The notes under the pieces were generated by a model. The model saw only the letters and a list, made by a program, of their open reading frames with translations, ran no database searches and was not told the origin of the DNA. Shown here piece by piece: positions 29,773 to 39,541 of a stretch of DNA of 64,000 nucleotides. Numbering within the stretch: the first letter of the stretch is position 1; every line of letters begins with the position of its first letter. Position numbers and translations under genes: made by a program. This stretch comes from a virus (taxonomy: Duplodnaviria > Caudoviricetes): the IMG/VR virus record IMGVR_UViG_3300006149_000006, positions 31,584-95,583 of that record, one strand, 5' to 3'.

Positions 29773-30501
29773 CTAATCCGGCGATAACCAACTTATTTTT
29801 TCTGTATCAATTTTATTGATATCTACCGACCCGAAGTAAACACCATTCATTGTTTGTTCCCAATGCTTTTTCTTTTGAATTTGCCTCCAGCTTGCATTCA
29901 ATTTATATATACTAATATCCATAACAGTTTCATAATTATACGGAAATTCTTCTGTATTCACAAGAGAAATCACCATATTTTCTAAAAATGAAATATATGG
30001 CTTTTTTGCACGCCTTTTTTTCTTCATTCTCGCACGTTCAATTTTGTATCTTTCCGCCTCTTCATTTCCTGCTTTCGTCATTAGTGCTTCCCAGAAGTGA
30101 ATCTTACGAATTGCATTACAGACTTCGAGAGCTATCATCCGATCAATTATTATATTATCTTTCTCGTTCCATAATATGTTTTCTCCATTTTGATTATTTA
30201 TAGTCTCAGTAAAATTTCGTAAGTTTAGATTCGGGAATAATATAGATGTATCTTCCTCGCTTCCTGCCAAAGATAATAATATCAATGAAAACAATTTAAA
30301 CTCAGTAAGGGATTTATAATCTATACCGATTTCATCAAGCTCAGCACACATATCGTAAGGCCTTGAAATAAGACTTTGTGCAATGCTATAATATTTTTGG
30401 TCTCCAAATTCAAAAATTTCATTTACGGTTGGAACATGAACAGAAATTTTATCGTTTATTCTATATTCGTTTGATTTTAATAGATTCGGCTTTTGTATCA
30501 A
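29773..30501 (-). CDS. SPbeta-like neck/tail protein
   Basis: Synteny between the tail terminator and the tube protein. Confidence 0.55.
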   Translation of the reverse strand: MIQKPNLLKSNEYRINDKISVHVPTVNEIFEFGDQKYYSIAQSLISRPYDMCAELDEIGIDYKSLTEFKLFSLILLSLAGSEEDTSILFPNLNLRNFTETINNQNGENILWNEKDNIIIDRMIALEVCNAIRKIHFWEALMTKAGNEEAERYKIERARMKKKRRAKKPYISFLENMVISLVNTEEFPYNYETVMDISIYKLNASWRQIQKKKHWEQTMNGVYFGSVDINKIDTEKISWLSPD

Positions 30502-30992
30502 TTTCCAGCACCTGCCCGTGAATCCCCGTTTATAGTCGGTCTATTAAATTCTGTTACAGAATATTCCAAAGCAACACCATGGAAACTTTGACATGGATTA
30601 ATATCATTTACACTCACCAATTTCATCCTATCAACACCCAAATCCAAACTCCCATTAAACAAATCCTCTATACGTTCCGCAATTAAATCATAACGCAGAC
30701 CATTGCTTGTACGTATGTTGTTCTGATGTACAAACACATAAAATACGAGAGTGATATTTTTAAACGTCTTATTCATTACATCCGGTATGTGAATCCGATG
30801 ACAAACAAATGTTCCAGTATCTTTGATAACATCAGGTGTATATGCATAAGGAAATATTCGTTTATATATCAGTTCTCTATCTGGAATCAAAGAACCAGGC
30901 TTATCATTAACTAAATCTACAATGGTTTGATCACTACAAAGCTTTTCGTTAATTTTACTGCGAAATTCCCTCAGCTCATGCAACATTGCCAT
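30498..30992 (-). CDS. Tail terminator-like protein
   Basis: RIFPY.Y.PD, F.V.VH, LRYDLIAE.I..LFN motifs. Confidence 0.6.
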   Translation of the reverse strand: MAMLHELREFRSKINEKLCSDQTIVDLVNDKPGSLIPDRELIYKRIFPYAYTPDVIKDTGTFVCHRIHIPDVMNKTFKNITLVFYVFVHQNNIRTSNGLRYDLIAERIEDLFNGSLDLGVDRMKLVSVNDINPCQSFHGVALEYSVTEFNRPTINGDSRAGAGN

Positions 30993-31004
30993 TCTTGTAT
31001 CACC

Positions 31005-31781
31005 TCAAATCCACAACTCTGTTTTATCTTTAAGTTCAGCACCTGTACCAATCGGATCAAATACATAATCTGCAATCATTAATTCTTTATTGTCTCGCTT
31101 AGGATCAAACTGATCTTCTGCAACAGTCAAATGAATATATCCATGATCACCTGCATCCGAATAACTGATTGTATCGGCTTGTTTTACTTGAAAAGCTGTC
31201 GGTATTTCTAAATTCCTATCCATTAAAAAGCGAAATCCACTATCTATTAGGCGCGTATGTTCATCAAAAGTAATATATACGATCATCTGAGATGTTCCGA
31301 TAGTTATGTGTAGCTCATGGTCATATCTGTCAGTTTCACCGCTGCCATACTGAGTCGAGTTAATAACACTGATTGGATATTCAACAATTTCCTTTGTTAA
31401 AGGCGAATAGAACTTTATCTTATGATTGCAAAAAGACAATGTTCCTTCCCATTGAATTCCATGCAGATTACTGGCATTAACGCACAGCCAATAACCATGT
31501 TCAGGCCATGGGATAATGTCTCCCATATAAATAGGTTCATCAATCATTGTTTGAATTTTTGCTTGTGCTGGTGATGTAGAACGATACCGCTGAGAATAAA
31601 TGCGCGGATGAATCATTCTTTCTGAATTCCATACAGTTACACCATCAGGAATATAAGAAGGATCATCCGCAAAAGTGTGTCGAACCAAATGTAGTGCATT
31701 CTCAATTTGTTCCTTACGTATGGTTGTCCCTCCGGCATTCATCCTACGAATAAAGTTTTGATATCCGCCAATAAAAACCAC
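31005..31781 (-). CDS. Head closure/neck protein
   Basis: GD.I.W...YWL....FCN motifs plus synteny. Confidence 0.6.
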   Translation of the reverse strand: MVFIGGYQNFIRRMNAGGTTIRKEQIENALHLVRHTFADDPSYIPDGVTVWNSERMIHPRIYSQRYRSTSPAQAKIQTMIDEPIYMGDIIPWPEHGYWLCVNASNLHGIQWEGTLSFCNHKIKFYSPLTKEIVEYPISVINSTQYGSGETDRYDHELHITIGTSQMIVYITFDEHTRLIDSGFRFLMDRNLEIPTAFQVKQADTISYSDAGDHGYIHLTVAEDQFDPKRDNKELMIADYVFDPIGTGAELKDKTELWI

Positions 31782-31822
31782 CTTCCTCTAATATAATCTT
31801 GCTATATTGTTGGACAAATTTC

Positions 31823-32239
31823 TCAAGTGCTATTTTTTTTAATCCACCTATACCGAGATAGTAACGTTTCTGTATTTTTTCTATAATTTTCGCGTACTTC
31901 CATGACTTTTCCTAGTTGATTTGCTGGAGAAAAAGCATTAAAATCCTTACTCGAAAGTGTTTGCTTAAGAGCAAGCGGAACGCGAATATAGTTGCTGTCA
32001 AGGTACTCGATAACCATATAGTTTGTTAAAATTTCAATCTCTGTATCTGTCAATTTACATCTAAATTTGACCTTATTCCGTTGTGATAAATCTTGTCTGC
32101 AGCCTCTAAAAGCTACAATCGCCGGACGTAAATAATCTGAAAGAACCTCATAAATTTCAGATTCCTCCAGATTCAGAAAGTCATAATCTTTGATTTTAGA
32201 TAAAACGCTTTCATATAGCACGGTGAATGGTGTCCCCAT
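31823..32239 (-). CDS. Head-tail adaptor
   Basis: TPF..LY...L.KI.DYDF, LTD.EIEIL..YM, DF..FSPAN motifs. Confidence 0.7.
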   Translation of the reverse strand: MGTPFTVLYESVLSKIKDYDFLNLEESEIYEVLSDYLRPAIVAFRGCRQDLSQRNKVKFRCKLTDTEIEILTNYMVIEYLDSNYIRVPLALKQTLSSKDFNAFSPANQLGKVMEVRENYRKNTETLLSRYRWIKKNST

Positions 32240-32253
32240 TAGAGATCGCCCCC

Positions 32254-32778
32254 TTACACCAGATTCATCAGCTCAATTCCCAGTTTCTTTTCGAGCAGAC
32301 GGATAATCTTTACATTCTCGATTTTACCATCCCTGACATACTTTGTAACCTTATGCATAAAGTCAGCCTTTGCGCCTGCATCCAAACTGGAAATCAAGTC
32401 GCTTACCGCTTTAGAATCATTTCCGAACAATTTTTTGATGTCCGCACGGTTAACCCTGTTTGTATAATATTTTGTGAGATTCAGCTTTTTTACAACCATA
32501 TCATTATGTGGCAAGAGCCATTTCTCCGTAAAATATCGAGGATGTTTTGCGTTCATAATACGCAGCTGCTTATATGTCATTTCCTGTGTGTCTCCAGCTT
32601 CCATCCAAGCAAATGTTTCAAATGTTACGGGACAAGAGTAATAAACCGTAGGAACCTGCGATTCTACTACAATCTTCGTATCGTCATTCAAAACCATGGA
32701 AGCAGCAGAGGCGGCTTTATTTTCCTGTGCCGCCCCATTTTCAGGATTTACATTTTTATTTTCCTGTGCCAATTTCAA
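32254..32778 (-). CDS. Conserved capsid-region protein
   Basis: W..GD.QEMTY..L motif; follows the MCP. Confidence 0.6.
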   Translation of the reverse strand: MKLAQENKNVNPENGAAQENKAASAASMVLNDDTKIVVESQVPTVYYSCPVTFETFAWMEAGDTQEMTYKQLRIMNAKHPRYFTEKWLLPHNDMVVKKLNLTKYYTNRVNRADIKKLFGNDSKAVSDLISSLDAGAKADFMHKVTKYVRDGKIENVKIIRLLEKKLGIELMNLV

Positions 32779-32803
32779 CGCCTCCCTATTTTATTTCATC
32801 TAA

Positions 32804-33886
32804 TTATGCAAGCTCCCAGTAACCGGTTACGTCACTGATGGAAGAGGCAAGCCCCGCCTTTACCTGAATCTGTGCCTCAAAGCTCTGGTCTCGATTATCC
32901 CGGTTATCGCTAATCTCTTTCAGGCGAGAATTCCCCTCATATGCGAACTTGATCGGCTTACCTGTAGTCGCAATAATAATCAGCTTTGTAGTAGACAGTG
33001 CAAAATCGAACGTTCCCTGCTTAAATACCTGTGGAATCGCCATCAGATCATATCCTTCCCAACTGGAAACGATACCTTTATTCTTGCGTTCCTCCTTTGC
33101 AGAATCAGAAATCCAATTTTCGTCAATATTTTTCTGGAGTTTACGCAATGCAGCACCAGTACCAACGATAATAGGCTTCACACCATTATTAGCGGCTTCG
33201 ACTTTGTCAATCAATTCGAGCAAATTATCGCGTTCCGTATCAGTAGACAGCGCACCATGGCCAACAAACCCTTCGGGAGCCATATTAGACAGATCGCTAA
33301 ATACTGCATAAGCTGCATTCTGGAACTGCTGCAGGAAGGATTTTCGCGCCTTGTCCATCATTTTTTCAAACGAGTCAATCTTCTTCATAAAGCGTTCAAA
33401 ATCATTGTAAAAATGAACGACCCACCAGGAAGTCTGGACAGAGAACGGAACCCCAATATCCATGCGTTCACGAATGGTATCCCAATGATTACCACTAAAC
33501 CGAGAAACCGTAAGGAGTCCATTATCTTCTGCATAGAATTCATTCGTGTCACCGAGATCCAAACGAACAACCTCTACGAAACGATTAAAGAATTCGTTAT
33601 CGCTCCACCCTTCCGGCAAAGTCTGATCAAGAACAGTTTCGATAATCGCAAAAATATCATTCTTGTACTTTCTATATGTACGATAATTAAACTTCTCGCC
33701 ATGAAGGATTTCCTTTTCAAACCGTTCACGAATATTATCATCAATACTGCCAGAAGCCGTATCTACATTAGCAGCCACAAAATTTGCCAAATCACCCGTA
33801 TAGCTATCAATACAAGTTGCAATCAACTGCTTCTGCTCTGTCGAAAAGTTTGCCAGTTTATTCATATCACAAGCCATATTCAACAC
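32804..33886 (-). CDS. Major capsid protein
   Basis: 360 aa, IFAIIETVLD, F..FVE..L.LGD.NEF; SPbeta-like order. Confidence 0.85.
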   Translation of the reverse strand: MLNMACDMNKLANFSTEQKQLIATCIDSYTGDLANFVAANVDTASGSIDDNIRERFEKEILHGEKFNYRTYRKYKNDIFAIIETVLDQTLPEGWSDNEFFNRFVEVVRLDLGDTNEFYAEDNGLLTVSRFSGNHWDTIRERMDIGVPFSVQTSWWVVHFYNDFERFMKKIDSFEKMMDKARKSFLQQFQNAAYAVFSDLSNMAPEGFVGHGALSTDTERDNLLELIDKVEAANNGVKPIIVGTGAALRKLQKNIDENWISDSAKEERKNKGIVSSWEGYDLMAIPQVFKQGTFDFALSTTKLIIIATTGKPIKFAYEGNSRLKEISDNRDNRDQSFEAQIQVKAGLASSISDVTGYWELA

Positions 33887-33904
33887 CTCTCTTTCCTAAT
33901 TTCG

Positions 33905-34489
33905 TTAATCAAGGATATCATTTCGGAGCACTTCAATAAAATAAATGACATAGGGACGGCCATACTGTTTGCCTCCTTCTGTCTTCCAACCAAGTCCTCT
34001 CTTAGCAGATCCAATAATCTTTCCGACAAAGCCCTGACCGGCAGTATCCGCTTCATCCACCATCTTCACAGTAGTGCTCCCAGCTTCAACGATTACATAT
34101 TTCCCAATTTCAGGCGCATCAAAGCTGCCATAATTGATTCCTTCCTTACTTACAGCATAAACATCATAAGCATTCAGGTCATACGCACGAAAAACTTTGT
34201 CTGCCTCATTGATATAGTTATAAAGTGCCTGGTTGGAACGTCGCGTTTCATCATAATTCCATTCAGGATTTGCGACCAGCACAACCCGTTTCTTATTAAT
34301 CACATCAGCAGTGGGCGCAATAAAATCATGTGTTTCAAGACCTTCCACATCGTCTGCCAAATCTCCAACATAACCAATATGTCCATTTTCCACGTCTACA
34401 TCAGAAATCAAACTATGCAGATGTCCTCCGCCATAAACAGCGGCAATCTTAGATGTCTCAACGACAGTATAATTTTTGTCCATATTCAA
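33905..34489 (-). CDS. Capsid decoration/minor head protein
   Basis: VENGHIG.VG.L motif; between scaffold and MCP. Confidence 0.65.
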   Translation of the reverse strand: MNMDKNYTVVETSKIAAVYGGGHLHSLISDVDVENGHIGYVGDLADDVEGLETHDFIAPTADVINKKRVVLVANPEWNYDETRRSNQALYNYINEADKVFRAYDLNAYDVYAVSKEGINYGSFDAPEIGKYVIVEAGSTTVKMVDEADTAGQGFVGKIIGSAKRGLGWKTEGGKQYGRPYVIYFIEVLRNDILD

Positions 34490-34504
34490 TCCCTCACTTT
34501 CAAT

Positions 34505-35968
34505 TTAATTTTTCTTGGTTGGCAGTACACCATATCGAGAATTTACCTCTGTTTGCGGAACCTGAGTAAATACATCCGCAGTCATTGCTGAACCGCCATT
34601 GTTTTTACGGCTAAAATTACTATTCAAGTTTTTCTGCGTGAAAAGAATTGCACACTGATTCTGAATATCCTCCAGAGCATACTTGTCTCGATCCTTTTTT
34701 AGGTTCGTATAATCTGCATTATCGGCTAAATGCTGATCGAACTTCCTAAACTCAGCATCCTTTGCAGCCTCAATGGCTGCGGTCTCACGCTGTTGCTCGG
34801 CCACTACATAGGCATCGTACTTAGGTTTCATCTCATCCAACTCACTTTTAACGGCTGTATAATTTGCCTCGGCTGTAGTCTTTTCCTCATTAATAGCATC
34901 AATCTGACCACTCATATACGTAGCAATATCAGAAATCGCCTGCTCGAAAACCATTGGCGCAGTCTCTTCAGCACTTTCCTCAAAATCAACATATGTAGTT
35001 TTCTTTCGAGTCGCAGTTTCAAAATCAATGTTAATCTTATCGTTATTCATACTCATCTTCATGCCATAAATACGGTAATGGTCAGCACGGTCAACAACAA
35101 TCACTTCATCACCTTGAACGTCAACAAAGTAATACTGAGAACAATCATATCCCCAGCTATCACGATATTTCTTTTCAGAAAGAACAGCCTGAATCTCATC
35201 AATCTGTTCCATCAAGTTCAAAGTAAAATTATTTTTAGAACTAATAGGCATTTCATCACCCTCCTTTTCATTATCTTTTTTACTCGTTTTTTCAATAGAG
35301 ATAGCATACTCATGCAATTTATTCTTAATTTCTTGTGCAACAGATTGTACAGTAAATTTAGATACTGCCAAACTATCAATCATTGCTGGCTGAATACTCT
35401 CATCTGTAGATGATAAAAGGCAACATCCATCAAAGTTGAATCCTGTAAATGTAAATGTGCCATCCTCATTTTCTTCACCAGTGATAGAAGAAAGTTCTAA
35501 TTCCATACTCTGCGGTTTGCTTCCATCACGTTCAAAAATAGTAACCACATCGTCAAATTTCGTCCATAAAAGGGCATCAACCTGGAAGAAATCACGAGAA
35601 ATTCCATCGGAACAGACTTTTTCAATCCAACGATAGTTGCACGATTCTGGAATCACACCATAAGATGAACCAGCATATACAAAATCATTACCATTTCCGT
35701 CTTTAACTTTTTTGTATTCATGACCTTGAAAATCCTTTTCTCCGTCTGGATTTAGAGCAATGTACCCTAATACCGGGGTATTCTTGATACTTTCGGCATT
35801 TGCATCAACAACTTCCTTTTCAAAAATACTTCCATTAAAATTTAATCCTGTATGTAAAACGTCAATCGTAATTTTAAGAAATCTTGAATCTTCTGTTTCA
35901 ACACATTCGTTGATCGTATACGAAACCGGCAAATTTTTTCGATCATTATTCACTTTCCTCATCACCAC
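34505..35968 (-). CDS. Prohead protease/scaffold protein
   Basis: HTGLNFNGS.F, NTPVLGY, LWTKF, QSMEL, F.G.CLL..PAM, then an acidic coiled coil. Confidence 0.75.
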   Translation of the reverse strand: MVMRKVNNDRKNLPVSYTINECVETEDSRFLKITIDVLHTGLNFNGSIFEKEVVDANAESIKNTPVLGYIALNPDGEKDFQGHEYKKVKDGNGNDFVYAGSSYGVIPESCNYRWIEKVCSDGISRDFFQVDALLWTKFDDVVTIFERDGSKPQSMELELSSITGEENEDGTFTFTGFNFDGCCLLSSTDESIQPAMIDSLAVSKFTVQSVAQEIKNKLHEYAISIEKTSKKDNEKEGDEMPISSKNNFTLNLMEQIDEIQAVLSEKKYRDSWGYDCSQYYFVDVQGDEVIVVDRADHYRIYGMKMSMNNDKINIDFETATRKKTTYVDFEESAEETAPMVFEQAISDIATYMSGQIDAINEEKTTAEANYTAVKSELDEMKPKYDAYVVAEQQRETAAIEAAKDAEFRKFDQHLADNADYTNLKKDRDKYALEDIQNQCAILFTQKNLNSNFSRKNNGGSAMTADVFTQVPQTEVNSRYGVLPTKKN

Positions 35969-35974
35969 CCTTCT

Positions 35975-36151
35975 GTCACGGAAATCAATTTCTATGAAAT
36001 GGAAATTTTACCCGCTTAAATTAGCGTGTTTTCTTGCTTTTAGTGTACAGCTTTTATGGCAAAAATACCATAATATAGAACGATTTGCAATTCATACAAC
36101 ATTCTAATACATCAAAATAGAAATATGTGGAGCAAAATTGATTTCCGTGAC
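35975..36151. mobile_element. 177-bp MITE-like element
   Basis: Perfect 17-bp terminal IRs GTCACGGAAATCAATTT (35975-35991 / 36135-36151), flanked by a direct CCTTCT repeat (35969-35974 / 36152-36157); no transposase. Confidence 0.7.
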
Positions 36152-36219
36152 CCTTCTGTAGAATTTTCTTGCTTTTTTAGCCTGAATATGTTATACTCGT
36201 TCCAAAGGAAATAAAAAAT

Positions 36220-36327
36220 ATGTACACTTTTGAAATTCTGTATGATGATAACACAACAGAAAACATCATCAATATTATTAGCATCGAATACAAAACATCG
36301 AAGCCAATATCAGATTCTTCCAATTAA
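36220..36327 (+). CDS. Small antisense ORF (35 aa) with its own promoter
   Basis: TTGCTT-N17-TATACT (36169-36197, extended TG), AAAGGA RBS, MYTFEILYDDNTTENIINIISIEYKTSKPISDSSN. Confidence 0.45.
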   Translation: MYTFEILYDDNTTENIINIISIEYKTSKPISDSSN

Positions 36328-36338
36328 CACTTCATCCA

Positions 36339-37877
36339 TTACCGATCTAAATTCGTTTCTTTATTCTGCGTGATCTCCCCACTCTCGGTCAAATCTAATC
36401 CTTTACTTTCATTTGTGGGGCGACCTACTGAAGCATCTTCGCCAGTAGACGTATATGAAGTCGCCAATGGAATGTACTTCTCATGAAGCTTCAAAATATC
36501 ATTCTCCAAGAACAAACTACCAAGTTGCCTGCTGGGAGACTTGCCCAATGCAACGCCATAATCAATCTTGAATGGCTGTCCATTTTGTGCGGCTTTCAAA
36601 TATGCATCAGCAACTTCATACCGGTTAAATACAGTAGAATCTTGAATTCGTAATGCAAATTTAAATGCCGTTCTATTGTACTTACGTAATTTAATAAATC
36701 TTGTAAAATAGCGTTCACATTGTCTATAAAAGGCATAAATAAAAGCAGCATCGTTTTCGAGAGACAGCTTAAACGCCGTACCAGACGAGCCACTATCAAA
36801 TAATTCTGATGATACGCCAGCATTATCATATAAATTTTTTACTGCATCACTTAAATTATTGGTATTGTTATCATTATCTTTGAAACTAATTGCAGTTGTC
36901 TTACCCGGAGCATGAATTAAACCAACATCTTCCGGCATATTTGCCTTATTCATTTCAGCAAATGGTGCGAGTATTTGATCTGTCAACAACAGCTTATCCA
37001 CCACATCATTGTCATTAGGAATTTCAATAATAATCGCCTTAAAATTATCAACTCTTGCTTTTTGCAATTTGAGGTTTTTATACACATCCAGATCAAGGAT
37101 ATCGCCTACTAAACCCAATAACATCGGCATAGGATAGAGGCATGATTCGTTCATTTTAAGGCAAATTTGTTTATCTGCTGGAGGAACATACCAGCCATCA
37201 TAATATCCTTTTTTATCTCGACAATCAATGTATGCCTGTTGTACATAGTCTGGATATGCACTGATTTCAAGAGGATTTATCCCTTGCAGCCTAATCTTAA
37301 AGTTAAATACCCCATCTTGAATCTGTTTTATTTTACAAACATTTGGATTCACTTTTAAAATAAAAAAGTCTGTATTATCTTCAAAAATCAAGCCATAAAA
37401 AACATCTTCAACAATCAGCGTATTCATAATTTTTAACATTTCATGTTTAAAGCCAATTTTCTCAAATTCAGCACATACATTAAAATACATATCTCGCATT
37501 TTGGTCAACTTCTCTTTAGAATTAAGTTCATCGGTCTTTACATCATAAACATCAACGCTATAATTAAAAAGGCCCATTTTAGAAAAATAATTGTTTAATC
37601 GCATATAAAATTGAGATTTATTCATTAAGTATCGGCTAATATCAATTATCATATTTGGATATACAGTCGGATTACTTATGGCCTTTTGAATATCTTCCAA
37701 TGAATAGATACCTATTTTATTTGACTTCAAAATATCTGCATTGGCGCATAAATCGTGAATCATTAATCGTTTAAATGCACCCAAGTCAAGACGGCCATTC
37801 CCATTCATAGTATCATTAAATGATTTTACGTCTTTATTATATTCCAATTCGGAATAGATTACTTTTGTTCTCGACAC
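36339..37877 (-). CDS. Portal protein
   Basis: 512 aa after TerL; S.YL.....Y, G.S..LF and PLATSYT...GRP C-terminus. Confidence 0.85.
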   Translation of the reverse strand: MSRTKVIYSELEYNKDVKSFNDTMNGNGRLDLGAFKRLMIHDLCANADILKSNKIGIYSLEDIQKAISNPTVYPNMIIDISRYLMNKSQFYMRLNNYFSKMGLFNYSVDVYDVKTDELNSKEKLTKMRDMYFNVCAEFEKIGFKHEMLKIMNTLIVEDVFYGLIFEDNTDFFILKVNPNVCKIKQIQDGVFNFKIRLQGINPLEISAYPDYVQQAYIDCRDKKGYYDGWYVPPADKQICLKMNESCLYPMPMLLGLVGDILDLDVYKNLKLQKARVDNFKAIIIEIPNDNDVVDKLLLTDQILAPFAEMNKANMPEDVGLIHAPGKTTAISFKDNDNNTNNLSDAVKNLYDNAGVSSELFDSGSSGTAFKLSLENDAAFIYAFYRQCERYFTRFIKLRKYNRTAFKFALRIQDSTVFNRYEVADAYLKAAQNGQPFKIDYGVALGKSPSRQLGSLFLENDILKLHEKYIPLATSYTSTGEDASVGRPTNESKGLDLTESGEITQNKETNLDR

Positions 37878-37894
37878 TACATCACCGTCCTCTC

Positions 37895-39541
37895 TTAATA
37901 CATTTTGGGTTTACGATTCAGTGCCTTTATTTTTTTAGTAAAAGTTTCAATATCAATATTAGATTTTCTGTGGGACACTTCCTCAACCTTAATAATATAA
38001 TACAACATATATGCGACTGAAGAGAATCTATCTTTATCAACTTTATTAATTATTTTTTCAACTGAAAGATTCTTTCCATTTTGGAGCAATTTTAAATTGC
38101 CTACTTCTTGAAAGAATAGCTCCTCTTGGACATATGGCATGACTTTAGAGTTCAAATCTTCATTTGTACGAATTGCGCGATCATCTCCGCCGTTTCTACT
38201 TTCTAAAAATCTAAGAGTTCCAGAATCAACCATGTCAATAAAATTAGCGATAACTTGTGTTTGGCACGACTGCGCTTTAAGGTCATACAGACATTGTTCT
38301 GCTTTGACCGTTTCCGGTTCTGCCGTAGTATTCATTGTATCCCAAGCAGCATATGTCTCTCCTGTAATCGGATCATAGTTTGTCTTCATCAGTTCATCAA
38401 TAAGCCCGCTTCCCAATCCATTTCCATCCACTACAATCTTATAAGCATGATAACGTTTTCTCACCCGTTTAAGCATAATTGCCTGTGTCGAAAAATTAAG
38501 TGTATTAGACATGTGAATCAAGTTAACCAATTGAATCTCTACGATTTTACCATCTGTCCCACGTATCACTTTCCCAACCGCAATAGAAGATTGGTTATTG
38601 CTTTTATTCTGAGAACGTGCAACGTCAACACCCAGATAATATTCATCTTTTTCATTAACAGCACTTATTTCTGGAGCAGTAAGCGTGCGACAATTTATCA
38701 AACTGTTTATATTGACAAGTGCTCCATCGGTGCTCCCAACCCAATTTCCTCCATAGTTCATATCAAAAGCAATTGGAGACATGTCCTTTTTCTTTTTAAT
38801 AATTGTGTTTTTACTTGACCCTCGGCCATACCAGCATCCAAGCATCCAGTTCGATCCTAATACGATCTTCCCGCGCAAATCTCTCATGTCGTGAAACATC
38901 GTCAAATTACGCTCAAACTCGGTACTTCCACGAAATCCCGGCGTGGTATAAAAATTTATCTGCTGATTTAGCTCCTCTGGATTAACTATTGCAAGTTTTC
39001 CACATGTTATTCGCCCGACCTCTACAATGGGTTCTACTGCATCCTCAAATGTCACATTATCCAGCAAGTTCGATTCTTCAATGCTTATGCGTTTACGTCT
39101 CTGGCCTTTTGAACTTTGGGCGTTTGCGAGGCAATCTATCCTTGCCCCATTTTTTAAAAGTATTAGCGCATCACCTTTTATAAAGCTCGTTTTTGCAATT
39201 TCATTTTGAATCATCGGATAATAACGTATGATTTCATTATATTTATCTTTCAACAGCAAAGCGGCATTTTCTTTTGTTTGAGCAGTTAATGCCAACTCTA
39301 TATTAGGATATCTAATTGCAGCAATCATCATATTTGCAAACTCCAAAAAGGTTTTCCCAAATCCCCTAGGAAAGCATCCATGTTCACTGAAAAATCTAGC
39401 TCCAGCCCTTAAAAATACTCTTTGATCTGTATGCAATTTAATTCCACCTTCTGGCGGAGACATCAAGTCAAGTGCCAAATCCGGATAGAAAGACCACCAA
39501 CTTGCTAAATATTCTGCTTTTTTCAATTCTTTTGAATTCAT
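37895..39541 (-). CDS. Terminase large subunit
   Basis: Walker A PRGFGKT, ISIEES Walker B, LGVDVAR, VVDGNGLG and KDRFS nuclease motifs. Confidence 0.95.
   Translation of the reverse strand: MNSKELKKAEYLASWWSFYPDLALDLMSPPEGGIKLHTDQRVFLRAGARFFSEHGCFPRGFGKTFLEFANMMIAAIRYPNIELALTAQTKENAALLLKDKYNEIIRYYPMIQNEIAKTSFIKGDALILLKNGARIDCLANAQSSKGQRRKRISIEESNLLDNVTFEDAVEPIVEVGRITCGKLAIVNPEELNQQINFYTTPGFRGSTEFERNLTMFHDMRDLRGKIVLGSNWMLGCWYGRGSSKNTIIKKKKDMSPIAFDMNYGGNWVGSTDGALVNINSLINCRTLTAPEISAVNEKDEYYLGVDVARSQNKSNNQSSIAVGKVIRGTDGKIVEIQLVNLIHMSNTLNFSTQAIMLKRVRKRYHAYKIVVDGNGLGSGLIDELMKTNYDPITGETYAAWDTMNTTAEPETVKAEQCLYDLKAQSCQTQVIANFIDMVDSGTLRFLESRNGGDDRAIRTNEDLNSKVMPYVQEELFFQEVGNLKLLQNGKNLSVEKIINKVDKDRFSSVAYMLYYIIKVEEVSHRKSNIDIETFTKKIKALNRKPKMY

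Noticed and set aside
33257..34591. 444-aa plus-strand ORF
   Set aside because: Antisense shadow of the capsid and decoration genes; no RBS or recognisable motifs, and atypical composition
37895..39541. Intein or intron in the terminase (also checked RNAP and helicase)
   Set aside because: Lengths and motif spacing are normal; no intein or LAGLIDADG motifs seen
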